From an uncultured Chloroflexia bacterium (GTDB lineage Bacteria > Chloroflexota > Limnocylindria > Limnocylindrales > CSP1-4), in contig CAVVJT010000002.1 in NCBI GenBank assembly GCA_963748625.1, forward strand, positions 1 through 64,000: a stretch of DNA of 64,000 nucleotides, in the 5' to 3' direction. The notes below the pieces were generated by a model. The model did no database searches and was not told the DNA's origin. It saw only the letters and a list, made by a program, of their open reading frames with translations. Position 1 is the stretch's first letter. Each line of letters begins with the position of its first letter. Of the stretch, positions 42,288 to 54,100 are shown one piece after another. Position numbers and translations under genes: made by a program.

Positions 42288-42333
42288 AAAGAGAAGGACC
42301 GGAGATGCCTGCCCAATCGGCATCTCCGGTCCC
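42288..42333 (-). terminator. Strong hairpin with a U-rich tail, possibly the end of a small RNA or leader
   Basis: GGACCGGAGATGCC-loop-GGCATCTCCGGTCC followed by TTCTCTTT on the minus strand. Confidence 0.6.
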
Positions 42334-42491
42334 GAGGGAGGGAGGATGGAACCTGAGGGAGTGTTCCGAGGAGAACCATAGTCCGCGCCTGATTCACCTC
42401 CAACCGGGCGAACGGTAAAGAAACGCACACCTTGGAAGCGGAACCTTCACCTTTCGAGGCAGCCCCCGGATCGCGTGGCATCATCCGCGCC

Positions 42492-43874
42492 ATGATCCCC
42501 ACTGCCAGACTGACCCGCCTCGCTGCCGTGCTCGCGGTCGCGCTCGCTGCCACCGCGTGCGGTGCCGCCGTTCCCACCGCATCGGGCACGCCCGTGCCGA
42601 CCATCGAGTCCCCGGGCTCGTCGGCCCCAGCCGCCACCCCGGGTCCCGACCCGACGCCCGTCGGCGGCTCGACCGGGTCCCCCGCGGCCGCGCTGACCTG
42701 TGACGACGACGTCACCGGCAGCCCGGCCGTCTCGGACGACACCGATCCCAACGCGCCCACCTACGCCGAGATCGAAGGGCAGGTCCAGGCGCTCCGCGGC
42801 ATCACGGCCACCACCCCGGTTGCCCGTGGCGTCTTCGACCAGGCCAGCCTGTGTGCGTACCTGCGCACGAGCTTCCGGGAGGACAACCCGGCCGACCTCA
42901 TCGCTGCCACGGAGGCGCTCTACAAGCACCTGCTCCTGATGCCCGAGGACGTGTCGCTCGAACAGCTCTACCTCGACCTGCTCACAAGCCAGGTCGCCGG
43001 GCTCTACGACGATGACGACAAGCACATGTACGTGGTCACCTCGGACGGTGATATCGGACCGGCCGAGGAGATCACCTACGCTCACGAGTTCACCCACGCG
43101 CTCCAGGACCAGCAGTTCGTGCTCAAGCAGCTGATGGGCGAGGACTTCGACCAGAGCGACCGCTCGATGGCGCGTGCCACGCTGGTGGAGGGCGACGCCA
43201 CGCTGCTGATGTCGCTCTGGGCCCAGCAGAACCTGACTGCGGCCGAGCTGGGCGAGGTCGCGTCCACCACCGATCCCGCCTCCCAGGCGGTCCTGGACCG
43301 GATGCCCGCGATCCTCAAGGACCCGCTGCTGTTCCCGTACACGCAGGGCCTGACCCTCGCGCTGACCGCGTTCACGCAGGGCGGCGGCTTCGCGGGGGTT
43401 GACGCGCTGTATGCCAACCCGCCGGCCTCCACCGAGCAGGTGCTGCACCCGGAGAAGTACGAGGCCGCGGAGGCGCCCGTGGACGTGGTGTTCCCGTCCG
43501 ATCTGGCGGCGCGGCTGGGCGACGGCTGGAAGGTGTCGATGGAGGACACGATTGGCGAGCTGCTCCTGGGCATCGTGCTCAAGGAGGGCGGCGCGACCGC
43601 CACCGGCGACGCGGCGGCAGGGTGGGGCGGCGACCGGATCGCGCTCATCGAAGGCCCCGGCGGCGAGGTGGCGGTCGTGATGGACACGGCGTGGGACACC
43701 TCCGCCGATGCCGACGAGTTCGCGGCGGCCCTCGAGCCGATGGCCGCCAAGTTGACGGCTGCCGGGCGATCCGCGTCCGTGCTGCGGCCATCCGAGGGTC
43801 GCGTGGTCCTGGTGTCGGCGACATCGCCTGACGTGATGGGCCGCGTGGCGAACGTGCTGGGCCTCGCCGAGTAG
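42492..43874 (+). CDS. Lipoprotein with a HExxH zinc-metallopeptidase-like motif
   Basis: ATAC lipobox, AGLYD, AHEFTHALQDQ, EGDA, FPY and STEQVLHP. Confidence 0.7.
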   Translation: MIPTARLTRLAAVLAVALAATACGAAVPTASGTPVPTIESPGSSAPAATPGPDPTPVGGSTGSPAAALTCDDDVTGSPAVSDDTDPNAPTYAEIEGQVQALRGITATTPVARGVFDQASLCAYLRTSFREDNPADLIAATEALYKHLLLMPEDVSLEQLYLDLLTSQVAGLYDDDDKHMYVVTSDGDIGPAEEITYAHEFTHALQDQQFVLKQLMGEDFDQSDRSMARATLVEGDATLLMSLWAQQNLTAAELGEVASTTDPASQAVLDRMPAILKDPLLFPYTQGLTLALTAFTQGGGFAGVDALYANPPASTEQVLHPEKYEAAEAPVDVVFPSDLAARLGDGWKVSMEDTIGELLLGIVLKEGGATATGDAAAGWGGDRIALIEGPGGEVAVVMDTAWDTSADADEFAAALEPMAAKLTAAGRSASVLRPSEGRVVLVSATSPDVMGRVANVLGLAE

Positions 43875-44058
43875 CGTTCCGCTCTCCCGGGGCATCGCGA
43901 CCGCTTGACCCTGCCTCGGGTCACCGGGTGACTGTCGCCGCAGGGGCCGTACTGCGAAGTCCGACTTGGCTGCACGAAGGCGCAGGTAGTCCGAGCGGGT
44001 GACTCCCAGCGGTGTCAACGCGCCGGAAGGCTCCGACCCGGGCCGCTGAAGCCGGAAC

Positions 44059-45753
44059 CTACATCGACTCGGGCGCGGAGATCCCCAGCAGGCCCAGCGC
44101 GTTGGCGAGGGTCGTCTTCGCGGCCAGTGCCAGGGCGAGCCGCCGCGCGGACCGCTCGGGAGCGTCCGGGTCCACAACCCGTGCGTCACGGTAGAACGCG
44201 TGGAACTGGGTGGCCAGCTCGGTGGCATAGGCGGTGATGCCCTGTGTCTCCTCCGCGAGGACCGCGTCCTCGACCACCTCGGGCAGACGCGAGAGCTCCC
44301 GCGCCAGCAGCGCCTCCGGCTCGCCCTCGAGCAGACCGGCCGTGGACGAAGCGGGCGCCAGGCCCGCCTCGGACGCCTTGCGCAGGATCGACGCGATCCG
44401 CGCGTGCGCGTACTGGACGTAGTAGACGGGGTTCTCGGCTGACTGCTTCTTGGCCTGCTCGATGTCGAAGTCGAAGGCGACGTGCGCTGCACGAGAGGCG
44501 AAGAACCAGCGGGCCGCGTCCGTGCCCACCGCATCGAGCAGGTCGTCGAGGGTGACGAACGTGCCCGCCCGCTTCGACATCGACACCTCCTCGCCGTCCA
44601 GCACGAACCGGACCCAGCCGATCAGCAGCACCTGGTAGTGCTCCGGGTCGTAGCCCATCGCCTGGGCCGCGTTCTTGTTGCGGGCCACCGTCCCGTGGTG
44701 GTCCACGCCCCAGATGTAGATCAGGTGGTCGAAGCCGCGGCTGAACTTCTCGGTGACGTAGCCGATGTCGGCGGCGAAGTAGGTGGGCCGCCCGTCCGAC
44801 TTGAAGATGACGCGGTCCTTGTCGTCGCCGTAGGCCGTCGAGCGGAACCAGGTCGCCCCGTCCTGCTCGTAGACCTCGCCCGCGTCGCGCAGGCGCTCGA
44901 CGGCGCGCGCCACCCAGCCCTCGTCGTGGAGGGAGGCCTCCGACTTCCAGACGTCGAAGTGGACGCCCAGGCGCGACAGGGATGCCTCGATCATCCCGCG
45001 CACCCGGCCGGACGCCCACGCGCCGACAACCTCAGCCTCGGCGGCACCGGTTTCCTGGGAGGCCGACCACACGTCAGCGGGCAGCTCTGCCGCGAGCCCC
45101 TCCACGTACGCGCCCTTGTAGCCGTCCTCCGGCACCGGGTCGCCGCGCTTCACCGCCGCCACCGACGCGCCGAGGTGGTTGATCTGCACGCCTGAGTCAT
45201 TGAAGTAGTACTCGCGGGTCACCTCCTGGCCGCCCGCTTCGAGGACCCGGCACAGGAGATCGCCCACGAACGCCCCGCGCGCGTTGCCCACGGTGAGGGG
45301 GCCGGTCGGGTTGGCCGAGACGAACTCCACGTTGACCTTGCGCGGGTTCACGGCCGGGATCCGGCCCCAGGCCGCCGGCGCGTCCAGGACCCCGCCCACC
45401 AAGGATTCGTAGGCCGCGTCGGTCACGCGGATGTTCACGAAACCCGGCCGCGCGACCTCCGCCGAGGCGACGAGCCCGGCGCCCGCCTCGCCGCGCAGCG
45501 CCTCGGCCAGTGCCTCCGCGATCTCCAGCGGCGAGCGGCGCAGCGGGCGGGCCAGCTTCATGGCGAGATTGGACGCGAAGTCCCCAAAGGCCGCGTTCGC
45601 GGGGCGCTCGACCTCCACGGTCGGGGCGGCCACGCCCTCCTCGACGGCCGGGATTCGCCCGGCCACCACGGCGTCGGCCCAGGCCTGCTCCACGGCGGCG
45701 CGGACCAGCGTTCGGATGGCCGCAGGCGCGATGGGGGGCTGGGACGTGGACAC
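44059..45753 (-). CDS. argS: Arginine-tRNA ligase
   Basis: VEFVSANPTGPL, MSKRAG and NPVYYVQYAHARI. Confidence 0.96.
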   Translation of the reverse strand: MSTSQPPIAPAAIRTLVRAAVEQAWADAVVAGRIPAVEEGVAAPTVEVERPANAAFGDFASNLAMKLARPLRRSPLEIAEALAEALRGEAGAGLVASAEVARPGFVNIRVTDAAYESLVGGVLDAPAAWGRIPAVNPRKVNVEFVSANPTGPLTVGNARGAFVGDLLCRVLEAGGQEVTREYYFNDSGVQINHLGASVAAVKRGDPVPEDGYKGAYVEGLAAELPADVWSASQETGAAEAEVVGAWASGRVRGMIEASLSRLGVHFDVWKSEASLHDEGWVARAVERLRDAGEVYEQDGATWFRSTAYGDDKDRVIFKSDGRPTYFAADIGYVTEKFSRGFDHLIYIWGVDHHGTVARNKNAAQAMGYDPEHYQVLLIGWVRFVLDGEEVSMSKRAGTFVTLDDLLDAVGTDAARWFFASRAAHVAFDFDIEQAKKQSAENPVYYVQYAHARIASILRKASEAGLAPASSTAGLLEGEPEALLARELSRLPEVVEDAVLAEETQGITAYATELATQFHAFYRDARVVDPDAPERSARRLALALAAKTTLANALGLLGISAPESM

Positions 45754-45897
45754 AGGGAGCCTCCTGGAGGGCTGGCGGAAGGGTGGCGTCATGCTACCGC
45801 CCGTCTCCTGGCGGGGCCGGTACCACTGGTGCTCTACGTCAACAGTCCTAGGACCAGGCGCCCAGAAAGTAAGGCACCTGTAAGGGCATACGCAATT

Positions 45898-45908
45898 CGC
45901 ACTAGTAC
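45898..45908 (+). promoter_or_regulatory. CGCACTAGTAC candidate operator
   Basis: Identical to the reverse complement of 9993-10003. Confidence 0.4.
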
Positions 45909-46088
45909 GCTTGGGTGACCCTGGCCAGTACTGGCGGGGGATCGGGGACCCGGCCCACCAGGCGTCGGGAGGAGGCCGCACCATCATCGCGGCCGTCCCG
46001 TTTCGGGGTCATCGGCGCTGTATGGCGCCACCAGCTTCGGGATCGTCAGGCTGCCAGTGCCGCGGCGGGCGATCCGGGAAGGATTGCG

Positions 46089-49000
46089 ATGTCGGGGAAG
46101 ACTCGTCCCGCGGGGCGGCAGGTGGTGCGGCGTGCCGCGGCCCTGCTGGTGGCCGTCGGGCTCATCACGGGCATCCAGCCCACCCTCGTCGCGCCGGTGC
46201 GCGCGGCGGACTCGCCGGGGGCTCCCGCAGCCCTCGCCGACCCCAACCTCCAGTGGAAGGACGCATCGAACGCCCTCGGTGGCGCGGACGACAACAGCGT
46301 CGCCACCGCCAGCGGCGACAACAAGGACCAGGGCTTCCGGGACTTCAGCTTCGGCATCCCCGCCGGGTCGATCATCAAGGGCATCACCGTCACCGCCAAC
46401 GCATGGGCGCCGGACACCGACTGCCGACTCGGTGTGCGCCTGTCGGGCAACGGCGACGCCAACACCAACTGGACCAGCTGGTCGTACAAGAACCTCTCCA
46501 CGGTGGACAGCAGCATCCTGACCTTCGGGTCTGCGAGCGACACCTGGGGCGCGGTCTGGGATCCCACCCAGACGACCAACGGCAACTTCCGCCTCCAGGT
46601 CCGCAATGACGCCCCCAGCGGCTGCGCCAGCACCCTCATCACCTCGCTCGACTGGGTCAGGGCCAGCGTCGACTACGAGACGATCACCCCTCGAACCAAG
46701 GACAACGACCCGATCAGCAAGACGGTCTGCGACGTCGCCGACTTCAACTTCGTCGTCGACATGTCCGGCTCCATCGGCGAGCAGAGCGGCAATCCGTCCA
46801 ACCTGCCCGATCTCCAGGCCGGCATCAACGGCTTTGTCGTGGCGTTCCAGGGCGCCGGCGGCGACGGCAAGTACAGCCTCACCCGCTTCAACGACAACAG
46901 CGCGAACACGCTGACCAGCGGCTACGTGTCGCCCTCGGACTTCCAGAGCGCCGTGGACGGCCTGTCGAGCCCGAGTGGCTGGACGCCCACCTCCAAGGGC
47001 ATCGACACCGGCAGGACCAACAACAGCGGTGGCCGCTCAGGCGCGCAGAACATCATGTTCGTGCTGACCGACGGCTCGCCCAACCAGCCTCCGGTCAACC
47101 CCGACACCCGCATTCCGGCCGTCTGGCTCGGCGCCGCCAACGCGGCGATCGCCTCCGCTGACGCCGCACGCAGCGGCTACGTCGTGCAGGCCGTGTACCT
47201 CGCCACCGACGGCGACCCCGGCGACACGTCCCTGCCGTTCTCGCCCGCGGGTGACCGCCAGTGGGCCACCAAGGTGATGGACGAGATCGGCGGCGGGAGC
47301 CACCTCAACGCCGACTTCGCGAACTTCGCGCTCGACCTGCTCGACCAGATCGGCTGCAACCCCCCGCAGATCACCATCGCCAAGACCGCGGTCGAGAGCC
47401 CCGTGAATGCGGGCGATCAGATCGCGTTCGACATCAGCGTCACCAACTCCGGCGAGGAGACCGCTGACGCCGTCAAAATCCACGACGTCCTGCCGGGCGA
47501 CGACAGCCTCGCGTGGGAAGTCGACAGCCAGGCCTGCTCCATCGGCAAGCAGGTGGTCGACACCAAGGACCGGTGGGTCCTCGACTGCACGATCGACAAC
47601 CTCAAGGTCGGCAAGGACAACGCCAAGACCGTGAGGGTCAGCACCAAGACCGCGCCCGCGTGCGGCACCTACGACAACACCGCCAGCTTCACCTGGAAGG
47701 ACCAGAAGGGGAGCGCAGACGCGTCCGTCAAGGTCCTCTGTGCCGCCATCTCGATTACCAAGGAGGCTGACAACGCCTCCGTCACCGCGGGCGACCCGAT
47801 CGGCTTCACGATCACCGTCAAGAGCACGGGCGATGCCCCGGCCAAGGGCGTGAAGGTCAGCGACACGCTGCCCGCCGATGCCGGCCTCGACTGGGCCATC
47901 GACGGCGGCGATGACGCGGCCAGCTGCTCCATCGCGTCCGGCACGCTCACGTGCGACTTCGACGCCATGGCACCCGGTGCCTCCAGGAACGTCCACATCT
48001 CGAGCCCCACGACCCGGGCGACGCTTGCCGACAGCCCTGTCGACAACACCGCGAAGGTCACGACCACCAACGACGGCAAGGACACGTCCTCGGACAAGGT
48101 CGACATCCTCGCGGGCAGCATCAAGATCGCGAAGGATCCCGACAAGGACGTGGTGGACGCCGGTGATCCGATCGGCTTCACCATCACGGTCACGAGCACC
48201 GGCCCCGGCACGGCCAGGGGCGCAGTCCTCACCGACACCCTGCCCACCGATGCCGGCACCTCGTGGTCGGTCGACGGCGGGACCGCCGCCGGCACCTGCA
48301 GCATCGACCTCGGTGTCCTCACCTGCAACCTCGGCGACCTGCCGAACGAGGCCGTCCGCACCGTCCACCTAACCAGCGGCACGTCCACGGCGACGGGCGC
48401 CGACTCGCCCGTCCACAACGTGGCGAAGGTCACCACCACCGCCGACGGCGAGGCCCAGGACGACGCCGACGTCGTGGTCCTGGTCGGCTCGCTCGCCTGG
48501 TCCAAGTTCGACGCCCACCAGCACCTGCTCGGCGGCGCCAGCTTCCAGGTCACCGGCCCGTCCGGCTTCGACGAGACCGTCGAGGACAACACGGGCGCCC
48601 CGGGCTACTCCGGCCTTGATGCCGACGAGACCGCGGGCGAGTTCCTCCTTGAGGACCTCATGCTCGGCGAGTACAGGGTCACCGAGACCGTGGCCCCGGC
48701 CGGGTACATGCTCGACGAGACCCCGCAGTCGGCCATCCTGACCCGGGAGCAGCTCGACGCCTCCATCGAGAGCCCGTTCGTCAACACGCTCGGCGAGCTG
48801 AGCTGGACCAAGGACAACGGCAAGGGCACGCCCATCGGCGGCGCCACGTTCTCCGTGGAGCCCGACCCGTTCACCGGCACCGGCACCCTGTCCGTGAAGG
48901 ACAACGACGCCAACGACCAGGACAAGACGGCCGGCGCGTTCCACCTTGAGGACGTCCGCGTGGGCAGCTACACGGTCACCGAGACCGCGGCGCCCGAGGG

Positions 49001-50741
49001 CTACGTGCTCGACGAGGGCTCGTGCTCGATCACCGTGGGTGAGGTCAGCGTCGATGCCAGGCTGTCGTCCGAAGTCCCGGCGTGCGCGTTCCACAACACG
49101 CCCATCCCGCCGGCCATCGCCATCATCAAGACCGCCGGCGGCAGCGCCGGCAGCCAGGCGGCCGACGACACCGCCTACAAGGCCGAGTCGTTCGCCGGCA
49201 ACGTCACCTACAAGTACGTCGTCACCAACACCGGTGAGGTCCGCCTGACCGGCGTCTGGGTCGTCGACGACAACGGCACCCCGGCCAACACCGAGGACGA
49301 CTGGCTCCCGGCCTGCTATGCGGGCGACCTCCTGCTCGTCCAGCCGTTCCAGCTCGCGGCAGGCGCGTCGGTGACGTGCTACGCGACCATGGACATCACC
49401 GAGGACACCACGAACGTCGCGACCGCCTCGGGCACGAGCGTCGGTGAAGGCACCGAGGTCTCTGCCAACGACGATGCCGCGGTCAGGATCGTGGGCCCTG
49501 CTGTGACGATCGTGAAGACGGCCGGTGGCTCGGCTGCCAGCCAGGTCGCGGACGGCGAGACCTACGCGACCGAGAACGGCACGGACAACGTCGTCTACAA
49601 GTACGTGGTCACCAACACCGGCGACACGCCGCTGACCATCACCAGTCTCTCCGACGACAAGCTCGGCTCGATCTCGGTCGAGGACTGCGACACGTGGAGT
49701 CTCCCTGACAAGGGCGACAAGGCCACGTGCACCGTCAGCGCGTCGATCTCGAAGGACACCGAGAACACCGCCAGCGTCAAGGCGACGTCCCCGGCAGGTG
49801 CCGAGGTCCAGGCCACCGACAAGGCGAACGTGATCCTCCGCCACGTCGCCATCGAGAAGGCCAACGACGCGGAAGCGCCGCTCCTCGAGGGTGACAACGT
49901 TCACTACACCCTGACCTTCGACGTCCAGAACGGGCCGATCACCAGCATGACGGTGACCGACACGCTGCCCGCCGAGGTCGTCAACCCGCGCGACTTCAGC
50001 GTCGCCCCCGCGTCCGTCGTGGGCCAGGTCATCACCTGGAACCTCTCGAACGTGGCCGACGGCGCCACCATCACCTACACCGCCACCATCGCCGACGGCA
50101 CCGCCGCCGGGAGCTACACCAACGTGGCCGAGATCACCGACGGCCCGTGCGTCGCCGGCGACTGCGATGACGACTCCACCGTGCGGGTGGTCACCGCCTC
50201 GATCAGCCTGGTCAAGACCGCTGGCAACGCTGCCGACGGGACGACCCTCAGGGTCGACAAGCCGGGCAACGTGATCTTCACGTACGTCGTGAAGAACACC
50301 GGCACCGCAGACCTCGAGAACCTCGAGCTCATCGATGACAACGCCACCCCGGCGAACACCACCGACGACGTCAAGGTCACCTGCCCGAGCACGACGCTCG
50401 CGGCCGGAGCTTCGATGACCTGCACCGCCACCCTGCCGGTGGTCGTCGGGTCCAGGACCAACATCGCCGTGGTCACTGCCAACCCGGAGCTCGACAACGA
50501 GACCGAGGTCAGCGACAGCGATGACGCCGTCGTCCTGGTTCCGGAGCCGGTGAAGCCGACCCCGAAGCCGACGCCGAAGGTCACCCCGCCCCCCACGTCC
50601 ACCATCGACGGCACGGACAACGGCACGACCGGCACCACCGGCCTGCTGCTCGTCTTCGCCGCCCTCGCCGGGCTCATGCTCGCGGTCGGGTACCTCAACC
50701 CGGCCCGCGCCACGGCCCGCAAGCGGAGCCGCAGGGGCTAG
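46089..50741 (+). CDS. Large surface adhesin: signal peptide, vWA domain, DUF11-like and SpaA/Cna-B-like repeats, TPPPT-TM-basic anchor
   Basis: vWA motifs FVVDMSGS and LTDGSPN, repeats GDPIGFTITV...NTA and LGGA.F...Y.VTET.AP.GY, and a C-terminal VTPPPTST-TM-RKRSRRG. Confidence 0.8.
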   Translation: MSGKTRPAGRQVVRRAAALLVAVGLITGIQPTLVAPVRAADSPGAPAALADPNLQWKDASNALGGADDNSVATASGDNKDQGFRDFSFGIPAGSIIKGITVTANAWAPDTDCRLGVRLSGNGDANTNWTSWSYKNLSTVDSSILTFGSASDTWGAVWDPTQTTNGNFRLQVRNDAPSGCASTLITSLDWVRASVDYETITPRTKDNDPISKTVCDVADFNFVVDMSGSIGEQSGNPSNLPDLQAGINGFVVAFQGAGGDGKYSLTRFNDNSANTLTSGYVSPSDFQSAVDGLSSPSGWTPTSKGIDTGRTNNSGGRSGAQNIMFVLTDGSPNQPPVNPDTRIPAVWLGAANAAIASADAARSGYVVQAVYLATDGDPGDTSLPFSPAGDRQWATKVMDEIGGGSHLNADFANFALDLLDQIGCNPPQITIAKTAVESPVNAGDQIAFDISVTNSGEETADAVKIHDVLPGDDSLAWEVDSQACSIGKQVVDTKDRWVLDCTIDNLKVGKDNAKTVRVSTKTAPACGTYDNTASFTWKDQKGSADASVKVLCAAISITKEADNASVTAGDPIGFTITVKSTGDAPAKGVKVSDTLPADAGLDWAIDGGDDAASCSIASGTLTCDFDAMAPGASRNVHISSPTTRATLADSPVDNTAKVTTTNDGKDTSSDKVDILAGSIKIAKDPDKDVVDAGDPIGFTITVTSTGPGTARGAVLTDTLPTDAGTSWSVDGGTAAGTCSIDLGVLTCNLGDLPNEAVRTVHLTSGTSTATGADSPVHNVAKVTTTADGEAQDDADVVVLVGSLAWSKFDAHQHLLGGASFQVTGPSGFDETVEDNTGAPGYSGLDADETAGEFLLEDLMLGEYRVTETVAPAGYMLDETPQSAILTREQLDASIESPFVNTLGELSWTKDNGKGTPIGGATFSVEPDPFTGTGTLSVKDNDANDQDKTAGAFHLEDVRVGSYTVTETAAPEGYVLDEGSCSITVGEVSVDARLSSEVPACAFHNTPIPPAIAIIKTAGGSAGSQAADDTAYKAESFAGNVTYKYVVTNTGEVRLTGVWVVDDNGTPANTEDDWLPACYAGDLLLVQPFQLAAGASVTCYATMDITEDTTNVATASGTSVGEGTEVSANDDAAVRIVGPAVTIVKTAGGSAASQVADGETYATENGTDNVVYKYVVTNTGDTPLTITSLSDDKLGSISVEDCDTWSLPDKGDKATCTVSASISKDTENTASVKATSPAGAEVQATDKANVILRHVAIEKANDAEAPLLEGDNVHYTLTFDVQNGPITSMTVTDTLPAEVVNPRDFSVAPASVVGQVITWNLSNVADGATITYTATIADGTAAGSYTNVAEITDGPCVAGDCDDDSTVRVVTASISLVKTAGNAADGTTLRVDKPGNVIFTYVVKNTGTADLENLELIDDNATPANTTDDVKVTCPSTTLAAGASMTCTATLPVVVGSRTNIAVVTANPELDNETEVSDSDDAVVLVPEPVKPTPKPTPKVTPPPTSTIDGTDNGTTGTTGLLLVFAALAGLMLAVGYLNPARATARKRSRRG

Positions 50742-50850
50742 CCCCTGACGGCACCGGGGCCGGTCACCGGCCGGCCCCGGGCCACCCGCACCCAACCCTT
50801 GGGGTCCCCGAGACCCGGACGGGACGCACCGGCCTGAGTGCGTCCCGTCT
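49844..50850 (+). repeat. ~1007-bp direct repeat, copy A
   Basis: Appears identical to 56354..57360 apart from a mismatch at 50831/57341. Confidence 0.9.
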
Positions 50851-50856
50851 CTTTGT
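50818..50856 (+). terminator. Intrinsic terminator
   Basis: GACGGGACGCAC-loop-GTGCGTCCCGTC followed by TCTTTGT. Confidence 0.55.
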
Positions 50857-51196
50857 GTGTCGGGACCCGTACTTCCGTACCAGTCGGGAACGGAGCGCGC
50901 GTCGGCCGTCATGCGCCCGGGACGGTGCCATGGCGCACCGCTATCGTCCCGCTGCCTCCCTCCCGGGCATGCGGTGCAGGCTATTTCCTACGTAAATCGG
51001 ACTATGGAACGCGACATTTGACTAGTACTTTAGGCGCTCTGTAAGGACTACTGTCGGTAGTCCACGGAGGTCCGCCCGCAATGGGCTCCGTTCGGACCGG
51101 CGCCAAACCGGACACTTCAGGCCCCGGTCGCCGGGCAGCACTCATAGGAGTTGGCGGTATCGCCAGTCACCGTCCCACTGGGAGGTCAGGGAAGAA

Positions 51197-54100
51197 ATGT
51201 CTCGGGGAACCATCTTCGGTCTGAGCGCCGGAACCAGGCGGGGATTCGTCCTGCTCTGGTCGGCGCTCCTCATGTGTTCACTGGTCCTGCAGTACGCGGT
51301 TGTCGCTCCCGCGCCAGCCGTCGCCGCCACCGGCCTGCTTGCCGGGACGGTCGCGGGCTTCGAGGTCGACGGCGACCTCACGTCCGGCAACGCCGCCAGC
51401 AATCCGGGCGCCATCCCGTCCGGCCTCATCGCGAGCCTGTCCAACGCCCAGGACTGGCTGGACGGCAACGCGACCGGTGGCCTCGTCGATCCGGCGAACC
51501 CGCCGGAGTCCTTCCTCTTCCGCGACGCGGTCGACAAGGTCCTCGTGGCCGGAGACAGCGCGCCCGACAAGAGCGCCTACGTGGGCGGCAACAAGGAGGA
51601 CGACACCACCAATTGGGGCTACTTCAACGAGTCTGGCCCCAACGACAAGACCGACTACCGCCATGTGATGGCGGGCGTCAAGGTGTCCGGCGGCAACCCG
51701 TACGTCTTCCTGGGCGCCGAGCGGATCGACACCAGTGGCACCATGGTCGTGGACTTCGAGCTCAACCAGAAGCCCTTCAAGGTCTTCCCGGGTGCCCCCG
51801 GCGTTGACAAGCCCGACCGGAGCATCAACGACATCCTGATCTCCCTCGAGTATGCCAATGGCGGCTCGAACCCCGAGGTCACCCTCTACCGCATCACCGC
51901 GGTGCAGGAGTTCAACACCGGGCAGGTGGTGACCTTCGACAAGATCAGCGACGCGAAGACGATCGACGCCGTCCGTTCGGCGACGAACTTCGTGCCCCTG
52001 ACCAACGTTGCCTTCCCGTCGGCGACCTACAACGTGGCGGCGTTCGCCTGGGCTGAGGCGTCGGTCAACATCAGCGCCCTCGACCTCCCAGCGAGCTGCC
52101 TCAACTTCGGCCAGGGCTCCATCCGCAGCCGGACCGGCGGCGCCCCTGATCGCTCGGCGCTCAAGGACGCCAGCCAGCCCTTCCCGCTGTCGGTCAACAC
52201 CTGCGGCAAGATCACCGTCGAGAAGCGCGACAAGATCACGAACGACCTCGTCGCGGGCGCAACCTTCAAGTTCGAGCCGGACCCGACCGTCGGCTCCAAC
52301 AAGGCATCCCTCACCGTCACCGACGGCGGCGCGAATGATCCCGACGGCAAGGCCGACGGCAAGATCGTGTTTGCGGCCTGCGACCCAGACACCTACAAGG
52401 TCACGGAGATCGCGCCGCCGCCCGGCTACTTCCCGCCGGCCGACCTCTTCGACACTAAGACCGTCGTCGCGGGCGGTTCCGCGACCTTCGTGTTCGAGGA
52501 CCCGCTCGCCAGGATCAAGTGGCAGAAGGAAGACGCGTCCGGCAAGCTGATCGCCGGCGCCACCTTCACCATCACGCCCAACCCGCGCACCGGCGACGGC
52601 AGCCTGACCGTCGTGGACAACACCGGCCAGGCCGGCTACGACGGCGCCGACTACGACGAGACGGAAGGCGCGTTCACCGTCCGTCGCGTGAAGATCGGCG
52701 GCCCGTACGTCATCGCCGAGACCACCCCGCCGGACGGCTACATCGGCACCAGCGCGACCTACAGCATCACGATCACGGACAAGCTCGACACAGACGGCTA
52801 CGTGGTCGAGGTCCCGGTCGAGACGTTCGTCAACACCCTTGGCTCGCTGGCCTGGCAGAAGGAGAACGCGACAGGCGGCCTGCTCGTCGGCGCCACCTTC
52901 CACGTCACCGGCCCCTTCGGCTACGACGAGACGGTCGTCGACAACAGCGCACCCGACGCGGACCCGGCCGACGGCAAGTTCCTGCTCGAGGACCTGAAGG
53001 TCGGCGAGTACACGGTCACCGAGACCGCGGCCCCGGCCGGCTACATCCTCGACTCCGGCCCGGCCAAGGCCACCGTGTCGGCCGACAAGCCGAACCAGAC
53101 CATCGCTGCCAAGACGTTCATCAACCACCTTGGCAAGATCACCTGGGTCAAGTACGGCCCGGACGGCAAACTGCTCGGCGGGGCGACGTTCTCCGTCACC
53201 CCGGATCCGTACAGCGGCGCAGCATTCCTGACCGTCAAGGACAACGACGTCCACGACGCCGACCCGGCCGACGGCAAGTTCCAGCTCGACAGCATCAAGA
53301 CCGGCACGTACGAGATCGTCGAGACCGCAGCACCCGCGGGCTACGTCCTGGACACCAAGAAGCTGACGGCCGTCGTCACCCAGACGCTCAAGTCGCCGTA
53401 CACGGTCGATGCGGGCAGCGTGAAGAACACGCTCGGCTCGATCAGCTGGGTCAAGAACGGCCCCGACGGCAAGGAGCTGCTCGGCGGCGCCACCTTCACC
53501 ATCACGCCCAACCCGCAGACCGGGGCCGTTGAGCCGCTCGTGGTCGTCGACAACGGCGCCAACGACGCCGACGACACCCTCGGCGCGTTCAAGGTTACGG
53601 GCGTTCTCGTCGACTCCAAGGATCCCCACTACTCGATCGCCGAGACCGCAGCCCCCGCGGGCTACGTCGGCGACGCGTCCGTCGAGATCGTGAACCCGAC
53701 GACCGCCAGCCCTGTCGTCTCCGTCAAGGCCGGCACCTGGGTCAACACGCTCGGCTCCCTCGCCTGGGTGAAGCATGACGGCGACGGCGCCCTCCTGGGC
53801 GGTGCCACCTTCCGCATCACCGGCCCGTTCGACTACGACGTGACCGTCAAGGACAACACGGGCCTCGACGCCGACCCGGATGACGGCGAGTTCCTGCTCG
53901 TCGGCCTCAAGCTCGGCACCTACGAGGTCACCGAGACCCTGGCGCCCGACGGCTACATCCTCGACGGCGACAAGCAGTCCGCCATGCTCACCGCGACGGC
54001 TGTGGACGGGGCGATCGAGCTTCCGTTCGTCAACACGCTCGGCTCGCTGGCCTGGCTCAAGCAGGACGCGGCCGGGAACCTCCTCGGCGGCGCCACCTTC

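Noticed and set aside
45915-46088. Upstream start for the first adhesin, and 45987 for argS
   Set aside because: These extensions overlap the divergent promoter region. The signal peptide fits a start at 46089 and argS homology begins near 45753.
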